Below are positions 63,629 to 64,000 of a DNA stretch of 64,000 bases, piece after piece. The notes below the pieces were generated by a model. The model made no database searches and was not told where the DNA came from. It saw only the letters and a program-made list of their open reading frames with translations. The number at the start of each line of letters is the position of its first letter. Positions within the stretch are counted from its first letter, which is position 1. The DNA is from Octopus bimaculoides (lineage: Eukaryota), in contig NC_068997.1 of assembly GCF_001194135.2 (NCBI RefSeq), positions 1,265,738 through 1,329,737 of the forward strand, given 5' to 3'. A program made the position numbers and the translations under genes.

Positions 63629-64000
63629 CTGTAACTCTGTGCGTATGTATGCGTCAATGACTCGTGTCTGCATTTACACCCCACCACACAAGCGCGCTTA
63701 CACATGTGCTTCATATATATCTGTGAGTTTCTGTCTATGCTTCAGTGCGATTGTGTTACACAGCCTTTATCTGTATATATTTATGTAAGACTGTATATCT
63801 GTCTGTCACTAGTTGTGTACTTACGGGTGTAATGAGTGAACACTTTTGTGTACATCTACTTCTCTATGTGATTGTCTGTTTGTACACTGTTACGATGATG
63901 TATATGTCTGTAAGAACGTATGTATGTATGTATGTATGTATGTATGTATGTATCTATGTATGTATATATATATATATGCAAGTGCATCTCCGTAATATAT

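Overview
This is AT-rich eukaryotic DNA dense in microsatellites and repeats, with 13 assembly gaps that mostly sit next to (TA)n, (CA)n or (GA)n tracts. The repeat families, (TACA)n/(TATC)n tracts and TTAGGG point to a mollusc, probably an octopus (inference). No intact protein-coding gene, rRNA, true tRNA or CRISPR array can be supported, and most ORF-track entries are microsatellite read-through. The window is intergenic or intronic and filled with decayed mobile DNA: about 20 tRNA-headed SINE copies from three families, R4/Dong-like and L1/Tx1-like LINE fragments, the 3' end of a Helitron, an internally deleted DD37D (maT) Tc1/mariner element, and several Penelope-like element (PLE) fragments. 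The most interesting signal is non-coding: a set of minimal type-I hammerhead ribozyme (HHR) motifs from at least four PLE-associated repeat families. One pair shows compensatory changes, several carry a recurrent C-C-G-A core variant, and two lie in or next to long inverted-repeat (foldback) structures. HHRs in PLE terminal repeats are known in general; these particular motifs were read by eye and are untested. Three short exon-like segments are flagged at low confidence. All family names are recognised from memory, not from database searches.
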